NCBI GenBank assembly: GCA_038319665.1
Contig: JBBQDL010000002.1
Location: 25,289-89,288, forward strand
DNA: 64,000 bases
Direction: 5' to 3'
From: Candidatus Limnocylindrales bacterium
GTDB lineage: Bacteria > Chloroflexota > Limnocylindria > Limnocylindrales > CSP1-4
The position numbers were made by a program, and so were the translations under genes. Shown here piece by piece: positions 62,773 through 64,000 of this stretch. Within the stretch, counting starts at the first letter, position 1. Each line of letters starts with the position of its first letter. The notes below the pieces were generated by a model, which saw only the letters and a program-made list of their open reading frames with translations, had not been told where the DNA came from and ran no database searches.

Positions 62773-64000
62773 ATGCCGATCCGCGTCGTGATGCTCGCTT
62801 CCGAGTGCGAGCCGTGGGCCAAGACCGGCGGCCTTGCCGACGTCGTGGACGCGCTGGCACGGGCCCTCGGCGAGCTGGGCGGCGACGCCGTCGAGTGGCC
62901 GATCGACGTCTTCCTGCCGCGCTACAGGGGCGTCCCGCAGCCGGCGACCATCGAACGAACGACGAGCCTGCGCGTCCCCGATCCGCTCGCCCCGTCGGGC
63001 AATTCGACCGTATCGATCATCGATGTCCCGGCCGATGGCTACCGGCTGCGGTTGGTCGATCACCCCGCGGCCTTCGACCGCGACCGCTTCTACGGCGACG
63101 ACACGGGTGACTACCCCGACAACGCATGGCGGTTCGGGCTGTTCTGCCGGGCCGCGATGGAGGCCTTGCGCGCCGACGGGCGTCCCGTGGATGTCCTTCA
63201 CCTGCACGACTGGCACACCGGTGCCGCGGCGATCTACCGCGATGTGCGCTATGCCGGCGACCCGGTCCTCGGCGACGCCGCGATCCTCATCACGCTCCAC
63301 AATCTCGCCTATCACGGCTGGACGCCCAAGGCCGCACTCGGTCAGCTCGGCCTGGCGCCGGGTGACGGCGTGGTCGCGCGCGATGCCGACGGGATCGACC
63401 TCCTGCTCAGCGGGATCGAGCGGGCCGAGCTGGCCAACACGGTCTCGCCGGGGTTCGCCGCGGAGGCACTGACTTCCGAGTTCGGGATGGGGCTCGATAG
63501 CGCGCTGCGGGCCAAGGGCGACCGCTTCTTCGGGATCCTCAACGGCCTCGACACCCGGGTCTGGGATCCGGCGCACGACGGGGACCTGGCCGCGCCGTAC
63601 TCGAGGGGGGAGCGGGCCGGGAAGGCCGCTTGCCGGGCGGACCTCCTGTCGCGACTCGGGTTCGACCCCTCCGACCTCGGGGCCGTCATCGGGATGATCG
63701 GGCGGCTCGACCCCCAGAAGGGCTTCGACCTGCTGGCCGATGCCTCGCCGACGCTCCTCGAGCGTGGGGCGCGGCTCGTCGTCCAGGGCAGCGGCCATCC
63801 GGACCTCGCCGACCCGTTCCGGGCGATCGCGACGGCCCACCCCCGGCAGGTGGCGTTCATCGAGCGGTTCGACCGCGTGATGGCCCGCCGCATCTACGCG
63901 GGCGCCGACTTCTTCGCGATGCCGTCGCGCTTCGAGCCGTGCGGGCAGGGCCAGATGATCGCGCTCCGCCACGGCACGCCGCCGATCGTCAACCGGACCG
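62773..64000 (+). CDS. glgA: Glycogen/starch synthase (GT5), 3' end off-window
   Basis: 'VVMLASECEPWAKTGGLADVV', 'LHLHDWHTG', 'TVSPGFA', 'GILNGLD', 'RFEPCGQGQM'. ATG at 62773 (or 62764). Open to nt 64000; not in the ORF track because it has no stop. Confidence 0.9.
   Translation, partial: MPIRVVMLASECEPWAKTGGLADVVDALARALGELGGDAVEWPIDVFLPRYRGVPQPATIERTTSLRVPDPLAPSGNSTVSIIDVPADGYRLRLVDHPAAFDRDRFYGDDTGDYPDNAWRFGLFCRAAMEALRADGRPVDVLHLHDWHTGAAAIYRDVRYAGDPVLGDAAILITLHNLAYHGWTPKAALGQLGLAPGDGVVARDADGIDLLLSGIERAELANTVSPGFAAEALTSEFGMGLDSALRAKGDRFFGILNGLDTRVWDPAHDGDLAAPYSRGERAGKAACRADLLSRLGFDPSDLGAVIGMIGRLDPQKGFDLLADASPTLLERGARLVVQGSGHPDLADPFRAIATAHPRQVAFIERFDRVMARRIYAGADFFAMPSRFEPCGQGQMIALRHGTPPIVNRT

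Noticed and set aside
1-64000. tRNA, rRNA, tmRNA, RNase P, SRP RNA, CRISPR arrays, IS elements and integrases.
   Set aside because: Visual scanning of the few non-coding gaps (the largest are 276, 170, 168 and 158 bp) found no T-loop/GTTCGAATC-type motifs, no rRNA-like stretches, no spaced direct repeats and no transposase/recombinase-like translations. A tRNAscan/Infernal run would be needed to be certain.

Overview
Very GC-rich (by eye about 70% G+C), gene-dense chromosomal window. I call about 65 protein genes. I found no rRNA, tRNA, CRISPR array, transposase or integrase by eye.

Content from left to right:
- A fragmented pyrimidine locus (pyrR-pyrB-pyrC, then pyrK-pyrD, then pyrE) interrupted by two VapBC-type toxin-antitoxin modules and about 7.6 kb of unrelated genes.
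- A fused heme A/heme O synthase (ctaA-ctaB) with a divergent thioredoxin-fold lipoprotein.
- An HExxH peptidase and a beta-CASP metallo-beta-lactamase nuclease.
- A translationally coupled MttB-family methyltransferase, GcvT/DmdA-family aminomethyltransferase and Rieske oxygenase cluster, facing a PotABCD-like ABC importer.
- xthA, ACT-domain proteins, a LOG-family protein, and marR-MFS.
- Two F420-type luciferase-like oxidoreductases around a SIS protein.
- Ni-superoxide dismutase sodN-sodX.
- A LysM protein, a TPM-DUF2207 protein and a lysA-like decarboxylase.
- A roughly 11.7 kb alpha-glucan block: glgA diverging from glgP-GH57-GH57/DUF3536-GntR-giant GH13-like.

Class 1B PyrK/PyrD, Ni-SOD, the F420-type enzymes and the LysM N-terminal Cys motif suggest a Chloroflexota-like or deep actinobacterial host. 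This is inference only.

Items most worth a second look:
- Six ORF anomalies. Two are in-frame TGA codons, one of them at what I recall as a conserved Cys position. Three are frameshifts that all map to C-homopolymers. The sixth is a lysA whose PLP-lysine lies upstream of any canonical start.
- The MttB/GcvT/Rieske module has no corrinoid partner in the window.
- An uncharacterised three-gene block ends in a very acidic, internally duplicated protein that is translationally coupled to pyrK.
- A 276-bp convergent spacer carries three GACC-N3-GGTC palindromes.
- Near-consensus promoters sit 6-7 nt from start codons, implying leaderless mRNAs.

I did not find a clear, self-contained novel multi-gene system such as a defence island. 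All function calls come from reading the supplied translations against remembered family motifs; no searches were run.
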